From Patescibacteria group bacterium (GTDB lineage Bacteria; Patescibacteriota; Patescibacteriia; Patescibacteriales; JBAZCA01): a DNA stretch of 64,000 nucleotides. Both the position numbers and the translations under genes were made by a program. The stretch is from positions 10,772 to 74,771 of the forward strand of contig JBAZUF010000003.1 of the NCBI GenBank assembly GCA_041661505.1, written 5' to 3'. This document shows positions 18,800 to 28,765 of the stretch, piece after piece (position 1 is the stretch's first letter; every line of letters begins with the position of its first letter). Below the pieces are notes generated by a model. The model was not told where the DNA came from. It searched no databases and was given only the letters and a program-made list of their open reading frames with translations.

Positions 18800-18962
18800 T
18801 CTTCCTCTCCCTTTCGCACAGTTGCAAGGATCATTTGTTCCATTCCCGAATATTTTATTATTTCAGAATACCATTTTTCTGTCATTACATAATTATTATA
18901 TTTTCAATTATTGGATAGCATTTACTTAATATTAGCTATATATATTTTATAATAAACAAAAA

Positions 18963-19004
18963 AATGTCAGAAATGTTGACATTTTTAGGTAAGTTAGCTA
19001 TGCT
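18963..19004 (+). promoter_or_regulatory. Candidate promoter of the TrmB-like gene with an overlapping inverted repeat (possible operator)
   Basis: Inverted repeat aatgtca (18963-18969), 7-nt spacer, tgacatt (18977-18983). TTGACA at 18976-18981, a 17-nt spacer, then TATGCT at 18999-19004. Confidence 0.35.
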
Positions 19005-19046
19005 TATTATGGCGATGAGCTGATTTATTATAATGATAAGCTAAAT

Positions 19047-19805
19047 ATGGACAGGGAAAATTGCCAGCAAATACTTTTGAACTACGGCCTTGATCAAAAA
19101 GAAGCCGAGGTTTATTTGTCTATGCTTAAAACTGGGCTGGGCTCGATACTAAAAATCTCCCAGGCGACGGAGATTAAAAGAAGCACGGTATACCTGGCTA
19201 TAGAAAGCCTGGTTGCCAAAGGTTTGGTACGGCCGATTGTTAAGGGGAAGAAGCGCTATTATTTAGCCGAAGACCCGGAAAAGCTGGTAGCGCTGATTGA
19301 TGACAAAAAAAAGGAAATTGAAAAAATAATCCCCTTGCTTAAAAGCGATTATCTGAAACAAAGCGAAAAACCGCGGGTAACATTTTACGAGGGAAAAGAG
19401 GGAATCAAGAAAATCTATAAAGAGGCCTTAGCCAGCAAAAAAGAAACGCTTTGGTATGGGTCGGCTAAGGATATGAAAGAAGAATTCACCGAGTATTATT
19501 ATAAGATGCTAGAGGTGCGAAAAACCAACTCTGATTTTGGCGGCATCCGGGACATTATCAATAATATTAAAGTTGATAAAGATTACGCCAAAATCCAAAA
19601 CTCTTATAATGATCCCCGGATTAAGGTAAAGGCGCTCCGGCCCGAACTGCTATTCTTTAATGTGGATAACGTTATTTTTGACAATAAAGTGGCATTGCTT
19701 TCAATCAAAAGGGACTTTTACGCCGTGGTCATTGAAAGCGCGGAAATCGCGAACGGCTACCGGAACATGTTTGAAATGGCCTGGAGATCGGCTGCCTCGA
19801 TATAG
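19047..19805 (+). CDS. TrmB-family (winged-helix) transcriptional regulator
   Basis: The N-terminal LLNYGLDQKEAEVYLSMLKTGLGSILKISQATEIKRSTVYLAIESLVAKGLV is the TrmB-type HTH pattern. Length ~250 aa. Confidence 0.65.
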   Translation: MDRENCQQILLNYGLDQKEAEVYLSMLKTGLGSILKISQATEIKRSTVYLAIESLVAKGLVRPIVKGKKRYYLAEDPEKLVALIDDKKKEIEKIIPLLKSDYLKQSEKPRVTFYEGKEGIKKIYKEALASKKETLWYGSAKDMKEEFTEYYYKMLEVRKTNSDFGGIRDIINNIKVDKDYAKIQNSYNDPRIKVKALRPELLFFNVDNVIFDNKVALLSIKRDFYAVVIESAEIANGYRNMFEMAWRSAASI

Positions 19806-19983
19806 GGCCTCAAACTGTAGCTGGCGGAAACTCTTATCTATTAAAGGAGCTTTTGCCGACACTTGTTTTTTATAATTAAAGATTGTATAATTGCTTTGAT
19901 TTAAAAATAATTTAATCTTAGGGTTTTATAATTGCGTTAGCGCGTTTACCGCCTAATGCGGGATTTAAGCCTGATAATTTATT

Positions 19984-21834
19984 ATGTCCAACTTATTAAA
20001 GAATTTTTTTATATTTTTTCTGGTTTTTATTCTGATAATCAGTATTTTTAGTTTTTTCCAGAACGGAGTGGATTTGGGGAAAAAGACCGATACGCTCGGC
20101 ATTCCCGCGCTTGTCACCCAAATTAATAAAGGCGAGGTGCAAAAGATTTCAATTGAAGGCGACAATCTGAATGTTATCCTAAAAGACGGGAAAACAGAAA
20201 CCGTTAAAAAAGAGGCCGGAGAATCTTTTTCACAGGTTATGAAAAACTACAGCGTTGATCCGCAAAAAATTTCAGCGGTTGATGTTGAAGTCAAAAGCGA
20301 GTCGGGATCATCTTTTTGGATCTCGTCAGTCCTTCCGTTCATCCTGCCGGCGATTCTAATCGGCGTTTTTATTTATTTTATGATGCGCTCGGTCGCCGGA
20401 GCAAACAACCGGGCGATGATGTTCGGCCAATCCCAGGCCAAGGAGTTTGGGAAAGAAAATAAAGTTAAAATTACCTTTAAAGATGTGGCTGGCGTAAAAG
20501 AGGCTAAAGAAGAGTTGAAAGAGGTAGTAGATTTCTTAAAATATCCGAAAAAATTTATAGAGCTCGGGGCGCGCATTCCCCGCGGAGTGCTTTTACTAGG
20601 AGCGCCGGGCGTCGGCAAGACATTACTAGCTAAGGCTGTGGCCGGCGAAGCCAACGTTCCGTTTTACAGCATTTCTGGGTCGGAATTCGTAGAAATGTTT
20701 GTCGGCGTCGGCGCTTCCCGGGTTCGCGATTTATTCCGGCGCGCGAAAAAAAGTTCTCCCTGCATCGTTTTTATCGATGAAATTGACGCGGTCGGCCGGA
20801 GGCGGGGAGCGGGCCTGGGCGGATCGCACGACGAACGCGAACAAACCTTAAACCAAATTTTAGTGGAAATGGACGGCTTTGAAGAAAATGAGAATGTGAT
20901 AATTGTCGCGGCCACCAACCGCCCGGACGTTTTAGATCCGGCGCTACTGCGCCCCGGCCGCTTTGACCGGAGGGTAATTTTGGATGAGCCGGATATTGCC
21001 GACCGCGAAGCCATTTTGAAAGTCCATGCCCGCCAGAAGCCTTTAGGAAAAGATGTCAATTTGCGCCGGGTAGCCGAGCGGACTCCGGGATTTTCCGGCG
21101 CCGATTTAGCCAACCTTCTAAACGAAGCCGCGATTTTGTCGGCGCGCCAGAATAAAAAAGTAATTGAAATGCCGGATGTTTTGGAATCGGTCGAAAAGGT
21201 AATGCTAGGGCCTGAACGGCGCTCGAGAATTTTATCCGAAAACGAGAAAAAAATAACGGCTTACCACGAAGGCGGGCACGCGATCGTCGCGCACTTTTTG
21301 CCCCATACCGATGCGGTCCACAAGGTTTCGATCGTCGCCCGCGGCCGGGCCGGCGGCTATACCCTAAAGCTTCCTTCAGAAGACAAGCATTACCATACCC
21401 GGACTGAATTCATCGAAGAAATCGCCGTCCTTCTCGCCGGCTTTATAACGGAGAAGGAAATTTTCGGCGAGCCCTCTACCGGCGCCACTTCTGATATCCG
21501 CCGGGCGACCCAGCTGGCCCGGAAATTGATTACTGACTATGGAATGTCCGGTACGCTTGGACCGCGGACATTCGGCGAAAAAGAGGAAATGATTTTTCTC
21601 GGCCGGGAAATTCACGAGCAAAGGGATTATTCGGAAAAAATTGCCGAAGAAATTGACAAGGAAATCGCGACGCTGATGAAAGAGGGGATTAGAATGGCGG
21701 AAGATATTATTAAAAAGGAAAAAGTTCAGCTGGAAAAAGTGGTTAAAGAATTGATGGAGAAAGAAACAATAGAAAAAGAAGGATTTGAAAAATTAGTCGG
21801 CCCGAAAACAAGGGAGCAGGGCCGGGTCATCTAA
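19984..21834 (+). CDS. ftsH: ATP-dependent zinc metalloprotease FtsH
   Basis: Two TM helices. AAA+ Walker [19 protein letters not shown], Walker [13 protein letters not shown] region, and zinc motif HEGGHA. Confidence 0.95.
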   Translation: MSNLLKNFFIFFLVFILIISIFSFFQNGVDLGKKTDTLGIPALVTQINKGEVQKISIEGDNLNVILKDGKTETVKKEAGESFSQVMKNYSVDPQKISAVDVEVKSESGSSFWISSVLPFILPAILIGVFIYFMMRSVAGANNRAMMFGQSQAKEFGKENKVKITFKDVAGVKEAKEELKEVVDFLKYPKKFIELGARIPRGVLLLGAPGVGKTLLAKAVAGEANVPFYSISGSEFVEMFVGVGASRVRDLFRRAKKSSPCIVFIDEIDAVGRRRGAGLGGSHDEREQTLNQILVEMDGFEENENVIIVAATNRPDVLDPALLRPGRFDRRVILDEPDIADREAILKVHARQKPLGKDVNLRRVAERTPGFSGADLANLLNEAAILSARQNKKVIEMPDVLESVEKVMLGPERRSRILSENEKKITAYHEGGHAIVAHFLPHTDAVHKVSIVARGRAGGYTLKLPSEDKHYHTRTEFIEEIAVLLAGFITEKEIFGEPSTGATSDIRRATQLARKLITDYGMSGTLGPRTFGEKEEMIFLGREIHEQRDYSEKIAEEIDKEIATLMKEGIRMAEDIIKKEKVQLEKVVKELMEKETIEKEGFEKLVGPKTREQGRVI

Positions 21835-22046
21835 AAAAGCGCATCAAATAAAAAGTACTCATCATCAGCCAAAATAAATTCCGGGGTTACTCTTCTCAAC
21901 CTGGGCGATAAATGGTATAATTGGGTTAGCCTTTTTTTTTCTTGCTTAGTCGGCCTTGAAAGGCTCATCAAATACTTTAATAATGCGGTTTAAGCCGCCA
22001 TATTTCTCTGCCGGGAAAACAAATCCTGGCGGAAAAAACCATAATT

Positions 22047-23033
22047 ATGACTTTCTATCGCCATATCTTAAAGAAGGCCTGGGAAATAACCTGGAAATTG
22101 AAATTCCTTTGGTTTTTCGGGATTTTCGCCGCACTTTTGGGTAATGGCGGGGAATATGAAATTATTACGAAAACATTTATTGATGACGGGCAGACCCAGC
22201 TTTTTCCCAACTTAAGCACTATTGCCTCAACCGGGATTTTTACCCCCCAAGGCTTAAAAAACGTCTTGAAGACGGCCCAAACCGACCCGATAAATTTCGC
22301 GATAGTCATTTTGTTTTTACTTGTATTTTTAGCCTTGTCGGCCTTCTTAGTCTGGCTGGTAGTTGTTTGCCAGGCATCGTTAGTCGGCGCTTCGGCGAAG
22401 TATATCCAAAATAAAAAACCCGTCTTCAAGGATTCAATCCAGTCCGGCATCGGCAATTTTTGGCCGGTGTTTACTTTGAATCTCATCAACCGGATAATCC
22501 TTACCGGAGTTTTCACTCTATTATTAATCCCGATTTTGATGAGTTTTAGAATGGTTAGCCTTACTTATATAGCTGCTTTTATAATTCTTATACCGGCCGC
22601 CATTTTTATTTCTTTTCTTATTAAATATTCGATCGGCTACGTCGTTATAAAGGGCCAGGGAACGATGGAATCAATCCGGTCCGGCTGGGAGCTTTTTAAA
22701 GCCAATTGGCTGGTTAGCATCGAGATGGCTTTACTCTTGGCCTTGATAAATCTTGGTTTAGGCATCATCGCCATCCTCTTAATCTTAATAATCGCGATTC
22801 CATTTTTATTTCTAGCGGCGGTCTTTTTGAATCTGGCCTTTAAAGCCGGATTCTGGCTGGTGATGATCCTGGGCCTTTTATCCTTTATCGGCCTAATCGT
22901 ATTAACCGGAGCGATTATCGCTACTTTTCAAGTATCGGCCTGGACCGGGTTATTCCTCGAATTGATTAATAAAGGAGGGGTAAGTAAAATTGTCAGGATT
23001 TTTTCCAGGGAAAATACGCAAAACTCCCAATAA
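22047..23033 (+). CDS. Hypothetical polytopic membrane protein
   Basis: 328 aa with 6-7 hydrophobic helices. No catalytic motif recognised. Confidence 0.6.
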   Translation: MTFYRHILKKAWEITWKLKFLWFFGIFAALLGNGGEYEIITKTFIDDGQTQLFPNLSTIASTGIFTPQGLKNVLKTAQTDPINFAIVILFLLVFLALSAFLVWLVVVCQASLVGASAKYIQNKKPVFKDSIQSGIGNFWPVFTLNLINRIILTGVFTLLLIPILMSFRMVSLTYIAAFIILIPAAIFISFLIKYSIGYVVIKGQGTMESIRSGWELFKANWLVSIEMALLLALINLGLGIIAILLILIIAIPFLFLAAVFLNLAFKAGFWLVMILGLLSFIGLIVLTGAIIATFQVSAWTGLFLELINKGGVSKIVRIFSRENTQNSQ

Positions 23034-23063
23034 TTCTATAATTAAAAACTTTATTATTAATAT

Positions 23064-23288
23064 ATGCAGATCTATAAAAAGATAGAAAAAAAAGTTGATT
23101 ATTTTGTTTACGGACTGATTGGCAACGGGGTTATATTGCTCCTTTTAGGAATCTTGATTGTTTGGACTGATTTTATGCTCCGTTTGGTTATGGGTCTTAT
23201 TGCCATTATGATCGCCTACGGTTTTTTCTACATGGCTTATAAGATCCATGTGATAAAAAAAGAAATCAATAAATTCATAAGAATGTAA
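23064..23288 (+). CDS. Small hypothetical two-TM membrane protein
   Basis: 74 aa with two hydrophobic helices, co-directional with its neighbours. Confidence 0.45.
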   Translation: MQIYKKIEKKVDYFVYGLIGNGVILLLLGILIVWTDFMLRLVMGLIAIMIAYGFFYMAYKIHVIKKEINKFIRM

Positions 23289-23384
23289 GTCATTTTCCTA
23301 TCCGGGCCCAGGTTTGACAAAAGCAATTCGGCGCGCAATAATAATCCCGTCCCTTCTTTAGAGGGGCGGGATAATTTAATAAAA

Positions 23385-23864
23385 ATGATTATGAAAAAAT
23401 TGAATTTAATCCTGGCCGGAATTTTAGCCCTATCGGTTCTTACCGGCTGCAGTCTTTTTAATAAGCCGCCGATGGACGAGTTAAATAAAGAGGGAGTTTA
23501 TAATTACCGGAACGAAGGCTTGAAATTTTCTTTGGAGTTGACGGCCGAGTTTTTATATTATCAGACCCAAAGCAAGGACGCCGACGGGTATAGAGATATA
23601 GAATTTTTTGTCCCCACTTCGGACAAAAGCATTCCCCAGGAAGTTCCCGGATACGCAAAGCCGATTGTCATTAGGGCTTATGAAGAAGAAAAATGGAAAG
23701 AGCTGGCTGACAAAGAGAGAAGCAATGTAAATTTTGAGGAGTTGAAAGCCGGGAATAATAGAATCTATTTAATTAAGTTTTGGGACCAGGCACCGGCTGA
23801 CTGGCAGGATAAATGGACCTCTAAAATGAGGGAGGACATTAAATCAAGCTTTAAACTGGACTGA
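23385..23864 (+). CDS. Hypothetical lipoprotein
   Basis: Signal peptide with the lipobox LTGC (MKKLNLILAGILALSVLTGC). Confidence 0.6.
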   Translation: MIMKKLNLILAGILALSVLTGCSLFNKPPMDELNKEGVYNYRNEGLKFSLELTAEFLYYQTQSKDADGYRDIEFFVPTSDKSIPQEVPGYAKPIVIRAYEEEKWKELADKERSNVNFEELKAGNNRIYLIKFWDQAPADWQDKWTSKMREDIKSSFKLD

Positions 23865-23882
23865 AATTTGCCTATAAAATGG

Positions 23883-23913
23883 CCTCTCCCTGGCAAGCAA
23901 GGAGAGGTTTTTT
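23883..23913 (+). terminator. Rho-independent terminator
   Basis: Stem cctctcc (23883-23889) with ggagagg (23901-23907), followed by T6. Confidence 0.75.
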
Positions 23914-23990
23914 AGTGATTGATTTTTGGCTAAAAATGTGTTAGAATTCAAATAGTTAAGCGCGTAAAGCGAGGAAAAAATAACAATAAT

Positions 23991-25640
23991 ATGTTAAATC
24001 CAACTCTGACCCAAAGGAAAAATGAAAATAAGACGACCATCGACGAAAGGGCGAAAAAACTTTTTGGAGTCATTTATGATGAAAAAGAAAAAGTTGAACC
24101 GGAAAACGATGAGCCAAAAATCAAGGTATCGGCGCTAATATCCAAAATGGCTTTTTTTTACGAAAAAATCAGATATTCGGTAGATTACAAGGACGAACAC
24201 CTCTTAAGGAAATATTCCATTGAAAGAAACCTGAAGCGGCAGCTGGTCATCCAGGGGTCGATTGAAAAAAGAAAGGCCGGCGAAGTAGCCCGCCTGCTTC
24301 TGACCGAATTGATTCGGGCTGATTATCTTCCCAATAACAAAATCCCGGAAACCAAGATTGATGAGATAGCGGAGGTGATCAATAAATACATGAAATTAAA
24401 CGCCTATTCTTTGAAGTCCGGCCGTCTTAAGGATAAAAAGGGGCTGACCGGCTGGATTATCGGCATCGCCGCTTCGGAAATTGAAGAGCGTTTGGGGCGG
24501 ACTCTTTCCCAGGAGACTCTGATTAATTATATGTATGAGATTTTGAATAAAGATATTATCGTCTCCGACCAGAATTTTGAAAAAGACAAGGAAATTCAGA
24601 TTTACCTTGGAATTAATAGGAATTATTTCCGCTTCGACCGAAACATGATGGAGTTCATCCTTTTTAAATATTTTAATGAAGGCTGGGGAGCGCCTGGCGA
24701 CGAGCAAATAGCAAAGATCGCCAATAATCTCGAATTTCTAAAAGAGGCGATCGGCTATCAAATCGACCATCCGCTTTCAGCCCGGGTCGATAAAGTAATC
24801 GGGCGATATACCGTCTTTTTTTCCGTTTTAACTGAAGTGATTGAAGCCGATCCGATCGGCGCATATAACAAGATGAAAAACGAACCGTCCGAATTCGAAA
24901 AAACGATCAAGGCGGTTTGCGAAAAAAAGTATAAGGGCGCGAGGTCAAAACTTTGGCGGGCGGCAGTACGCAGTATTATTTACATTTTTATGACAAAAAT
25001 GGTTTTGGCCTTTATCCTGGAGGTCCCGGTTACCCAGATTCTCGGCCAAACCGTTAACGCTTTTTCCCTGGCTATTAATATCGGATTCCCGCCCATCCTG
25101 CTTTTTATTATTGTTATGTTTACTTCAGTCCCTTCAGACGAGAATACGAAAAAAATAATTGAAGGGATAAAACAAATTACTTATGTTGAATTTGAGCGCC
25201 AGGAGCCTTACAAGATAAGAGTTCCCTTAAAGAAAAGCGGCAGCCTGAATACTTTTTTCGGGTTGATTTATATAATTACTTTTTTTGCCTCCTTCGGGTT
25301 TGTGGTCTGGCTTCTGACGGAAATAAACTTTAATTTTATCAGTATTACCATCTTCCTTTTCTTCCTGACCTTGGTGAGTTTTTTCAGCTTAAGGATCAGA
25401 AAGCGGGTAAGGGAGCTTGTGGTTACCGACCAAAAAGAGAACTTTTTGGGGCTTTTAGCCGATTTTTTCTATACTCCGATTTTAGCCGTCGGCAAGTGGC
25501 TTTCGGAAAAGTTCTCCCGGATGAACGTTTTTGTCTTTGTTCTCGATTTTATTATTGAGGCGCCTTTCAAAATTTTCGTAGAATTGACTGAAGAATGGAC
25601 CAAGTACGTAAGGGAGCGCCGGGAGGAGCTGGGACAGTAA
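23991..25640 (+). CDS. Hypothetical membrane protein (soluble N-terminal half, polytopic C-terminal half)
   Basis: 549-aa ORF with several TM helices in its second half. No motif recognised. Confidence 0.6.
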   Translation: MLNPTLTQRKNENKTTIDERAKKLFGVIYDEKEKVEPENDEPKIKVSALISKMAFFYEKIRYSVDYKDEHLLRKYSIERNLKRQLVIQGSIEKRKAGEVARLLLTELIRADYLPNNKIPETKIDEIAEVINKYMKLNAYSLKSGRLKDKKGLTGWIIGIAASEIEERLGRTLSQETLINYMYEILNKDIIVSDQNFEKDKEIQIYLGINRNYFRFDRNMMEFILFKYFNEGWGAPGDEQIAKIANNLEFLKEAIGYQIDHPLSARVDKVIGRYTVFFSVLTEVIEADPIGAYNKMKNEPSEFEKTIKAVCEKKYKGARSKLWRAAVRSIIYIFMTKMVLAFILEVPVTQILGQTVNAFSLAINIGFPPILLFIIVMFTSVPSDENTKKIIEGIKQITYVEFERQEPYKIRVPLKKSGSLNTFFGLIYIITFFASFGFVVWLLTEINFNFISITIFLFFLTLVSFFSLRIRKRVRELVVTDQKENFLGLLADFFYTPILAVGKWLSEKFSRMNVFVFVLDFIIEAPFKIFVELTEEWTKYVRERREELGQ

Positions 25641-25720
25641 TTTATCTAAGTATTTTTGGCTGCTCATTAGTGATAAATTCGGGAGTTAAGGAAAAAATTT
25701 ACGGACAAAATTTCAAACTA

Positions 25721-26506
25721 ATGTCTACTTTATACATAGTCGCCACCCCAATCGGAAATCTTGAAGATATCACTTTAAGGGCTCTGCGCATTTTAGGCGA
25801 AGTGGATTTTATTTTGTGCGAGGATACGAGGATTACCAAACGGCTTTTGGATCACTATAAGATTTCTACCCCGACAATCTCTTACCATCAGCATTCGGAC
25901 TTAAATAAGATTGAGCATATTTTAGAGCTCCTTTCCCGGGGCAAAAGCCTGGCTTTAGTGTCGGACGCCGGCACGCCGGGAATTTCCGACCCTGGCGGGA
26001 AGCTCGTCCAGGCGGTGATCGAAAGGTTTGGAGCGGACAACGAGGATGGGTTTGGCGCTAAGAATACTGTCCAAATCGAATCAGTTCCCGGGCCGTCGGC
26101 CGTAACAGCCGCTTTGTCAATTTCCGGCATCCCGACCGATAAGTTTATTTTTCTAGGCTTTCCGCCGCATAAAAAAGGGCGGAATAAATTTTTAAAACGG
26201 ATTTTTTTAAGCGAATATCCGGTCGTAGTATACGAGTCCAAGCACCGGATAATCAAGTTTTTAGAAGAGCTCAAAGCAATGGCCGAAGAGATAAAGAGAG
26301 AGGCGCCCGCCGCGATTAAGGAGAAGCCGTACCGGAAGGCTAAAGAGGAAAAAAAGAAAAAAAAGGAGATTACTTCTGTAGTAGTATGCCGAGAACTATC
26401 CAAAATGTACGAGACGGTTTATCGGGGGGAGACCGGCCATATTATTGAACAGATTAAAGGCAGTCCGGACGACCAAAAAGGGGAGTTTGTCGTAATTATA
26501 GCTTAG
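25721..26506 (+). CDS. rsmI: 16S rRNA (cytidine1402-2'-O)-methyltransferase RsmI
   Basis: MSTLYIVATPIGNLEDITLRAL..ILCEDTR..SDAGTPGISDPG. The start is moved to the ATG at 25721, because the 42 upstream codons overlap the preceding gene and are not RsmI-like. The protein contains a Lys-rich insertion. Confidence 0.85.
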   Translation: MSTLYIVATPIGNLEDITLRALRILGEVDFILCEDTRITKRLLDHYKISTPTISYHQHSDLNKIEHILELLSRGKSLALVSDAGTPGISDPGGKLVQAVIERFGADNEDGFGAKNTVQIESVPGPSAVTAALSISGIPTDKFIFLGFPPHKKGRNKFLKRIFLSEYPVVVYESKHRIIKFLEELKAMAEEIKREAPAAIKEKPYRKAKEEKKKKKEITSVVVCRELSKMYETVYRGETGHIIEQIKGSPDDQKGEFVVIIA

Positions 26507-26509
26507 CCT

Positions 26510-27232
26510 ATGTTAAAAATTGATTTACATATCCATACTGTCGCCAGCTTGCACGCCCAAAGCACTATTTTTGAGTATGTTAACCGGGCGAAAGAGCTGG
26601 GAATGGAAGTTATCGGTATTTCCGAACATGGGCCGGATTTGGAATCAAACCATGCCGACTATAATTATTTTAATACTATTTTGCGGATTCCTCATTGGAT
26701 AAACGGCATCCGCCTTTTGAGGGGAGTGGAAGCCAATATTATTGATAAAGACGGCAATATTGACGTAACGGAAGAAATGTTAAAAAAATTGGATTACGTC
26801 ATGGCCGGATTTCATAAGAACGCGGGATACGAGGATTCGGGTAAGAAGTTAAATACTAACGCGATGGTTGGGGCGATTAGGTCGGGAAAAATTGATATTA
26901 TCACCCACCCATTCGTTACTTTCATTTTTCCGGCCGATGTAAGGAAAATTTCGGAAGAAGCCTGCAAAAGAAAAATCCTTTTGGAAATCAATTTAAGTTA
27001 TATTCGAGAGCGCAAATTAAGATCGGATACGCTGGAAAATTTAAAGACAATAATTAAGACGGTTAAGAAATACAAACAAAAGTTGATTGTTAACAGCGAT
27101 TCGCATAATGTTTGGGAATTGGGGGACGACTCTTCTTTGGATAAAATAAAGAAGAAGATCGGGCTGACGGATAATTTGATTATTAATAATTATCCCAAAG
27201 AATTGTTTAAACTGTTAAATATAAAGATGTAG
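26510..27232 (+). CDS. PHP-domain phosphoesterase (YcdX/histidinol-phosphatase-like)
   Basis: DLHIHTVAS..., ISEHGP, and later His/Asp motifs (GFHK, ITHPF, NSDSH) follow the PHP fold pattern. Confidence 0.75.
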   Translation: MLKIDLHIHTVASLHAQSTIFEYVNRAKELGMEVIGISEHGPDLESNHADYNYFNTILRIPHWINGIRLLRGVEANIIDKDGNIDVTEEMLKKLDYVMAGFHKNAGYEDSGKKLNTNAMVGAIRSGKIDIITHPFVTFIFPADVRKISEEACKRKILLEINLSYIRERKLRSDTLENLKTIIKTVKKYKQKLIVNSDSHNVWELGDDSSLDKIKKKIGLTDNLIINNYPKELFKLLNIKM

Positions 27233-27275
27233 ATTAGACTGACTTTTTCGAGATAGATTAATAAATTAAATCAAG

Positions 27276-28706
27276 ATGCCAAAATCAAAAAAATTCTATA
27301 TTACCACGCCGATTTATTACGTTAATGCCAAACCGCATATCGGCCATACTTATACGACCGTGGCGGCCGATGTTTTGGCGCGCTATCACCGGCAAATCGG
27401 CGATAAAACATTCTTCTTAACCGGGACTGACGAGCATGGGGCGAAAATCGCGGAAAAAGCTGAAAGTGAAGGCAAAAACCCAAAAGAGTTTGTTGATGGA
27501 ATTGCCAATGAATTTAAAAAAGCCTGGAAAGAAATGGATATTAGCTATGATAAATTCATCCGGACGACGGATGGGGATCATATCCGGGCAGTGCAGAACG
27601 CGATGCAGGTTATGTATGAAAAAGGGGATATATACTTAGGAAGCTACGAGGGGCTTTACTGCACCGGCTGTGAGCAGTTTAAGAATGAAAAAGATTTAAT
27701 AAACGGCCTTTGCCCGGACCATAAAATCCCGCCTATTCATCTCAAAGAAGAGAGCTACATGTTTAAAATGTCAAAGTATGAAAAGGAACTTTTAAAGCTG
27801 ATTGAAAAAGATGAACTCTTGATCCGGCCGGAAGGGAAAAAGAATGAAGTTTTGAGTTTTTATAAAAAGGAAGGCTTAAAAGATGTGTCATTTTCCCGGA
27901 AGAATGTAAGCTGGGGAATACCTATCCCTTGGGACAAGAGCCATACGATTTATGTTTGGGCGGACGCTTTTTTAAACTATTTGACTGGCCTGGACTGGGA
28001 CGGTTCTTTGGGGAAGGCGCCGGAAATGTGGCCGCCCGACGCTGAATTAATGAGTAAGGACATCTTAAGAGTGCACGCGACGATTTGGCCGGCCATGCTA
28101 ATGTCCTTGGAGCTTTCCTTGCCTAAAGAACTGTTCGTGCATGGATACTTTTTGGTAAGCGGCGAAAAAATGAGTAAATCAGTTGGCAATGTAATTTCGC
28201 CCGAGGAACTGATTAGCCGCTACGGCGTTGACGCGACCAGATACTTACTAATGGCCGCCGCAGTTTTTGGGAACGACGCCGATATTGGCTGGAAGTGGCT
28301 TGATGAAAAATTTAACGCCGAGCTGGCTAACGGGCTCGGGAACTTAGCCGGACGGGTGGCTACTCTTTTGGAGAAAAATAAGATAGAATTAGATATAGCC
28401 GGGTATGAAGATAGGGAGCTTGCCAAGAACTTCGGCAAAAGAATGGAAGCGCTGGCGCTGGATGACGCTTTGAAGCTTGTTCAGATAAAAGTCAGAGAAA
28501 CGGACGAGTTTTTAAGCTCCCGGGCGCCCTGGAAGTTAAAAGATGTTAAAGAAGTGAAAGAAGTTTTGGAGCCGGCGGCGAAGAATATCATTGCCATCGG
28601 AAAATTATTGGCGCCTTTTATGCCGGAAGTGTCAAAAAAGATAGTCGAACAATTCAGCCAAAAACAAATAAAAAAACAAGCTTCACTATTTCCGAGAGTC
28701 AATTAA
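27276..28706 (+). CDS. metG: Methionine--tRNA ligase (minimal form without a C-terminal appended domain)
   Basis: HIGH motif (PHIGHTYT), KMSKS motif (GEKMSKSVGN), and a Cys-containing connective peptide (CTGCEQF...CPDH). Confidence 0.9.
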   Translation: MPKSKKFYITTPIYYVNAKPHIGHTYTTVAADVLARYHRQIGDKTFFLTGTDEHGAKIAEKAESEGKNPKEFVDGIANEFKKAWKEMDISYDKFIRTTDGDHIRAVQNAMQVMYEKGDIYLGSYEGLYCTGCEQFKNEKDLINGLCPDHKIPPIHLKEESYMFKMSKYEKELLKLIEKDELLIRPEGKKNEVLSFYKKEGLKDVSFSRKNVSWGIPIPWDKSHTIYVWADAFLNYLTGLDWDGSLGKAPEMWPPDAELMSKDILRVHATIWPAMLMSLELSLPKELFVHGYFLVSGEKMSKSVGNVISPEELISRYGVDATRYLLMAAAVFGNDADIGWKWLDEKFNAELANGLGNLAGRVATLLEKNKIELDIAGYEDRELAKNFGKRMEALALDDALKLVQIKVRETDEFLSSRAPWKLKDVKEVKEVLEPAAKNIIAIGKLLAPFMPEVSKKIVEQFSQKQIKKQASLFPRVN

Positions 28707-28765
28707 TTTATTGGGTTAAATGCGTCATGTTTCCAGCCAGGGACATGATTTAACACTTCTATATT

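Noticed and set aside
18681-18929. An 82-aa plus-strand ORF from the track.
   Set aside because: It has no SD and an odd composition. It lies exactly opposite a minus-strand 59-aa ORF that has a strong SD and clean TM helices. The minus-strand gene is the better explanation.
25595-25720. N-terminal extensions suggested by the ORF track for rsmI. The same pattern occurs at 52847-52915, 54466-54513, 60968-61105 and 40857-40877.
   Set aside because: The extensions overlap the preceding genes and do not resemble the respective families. Internal ATG codons give canonical N-termini, in one case with an AGGAGG SD.
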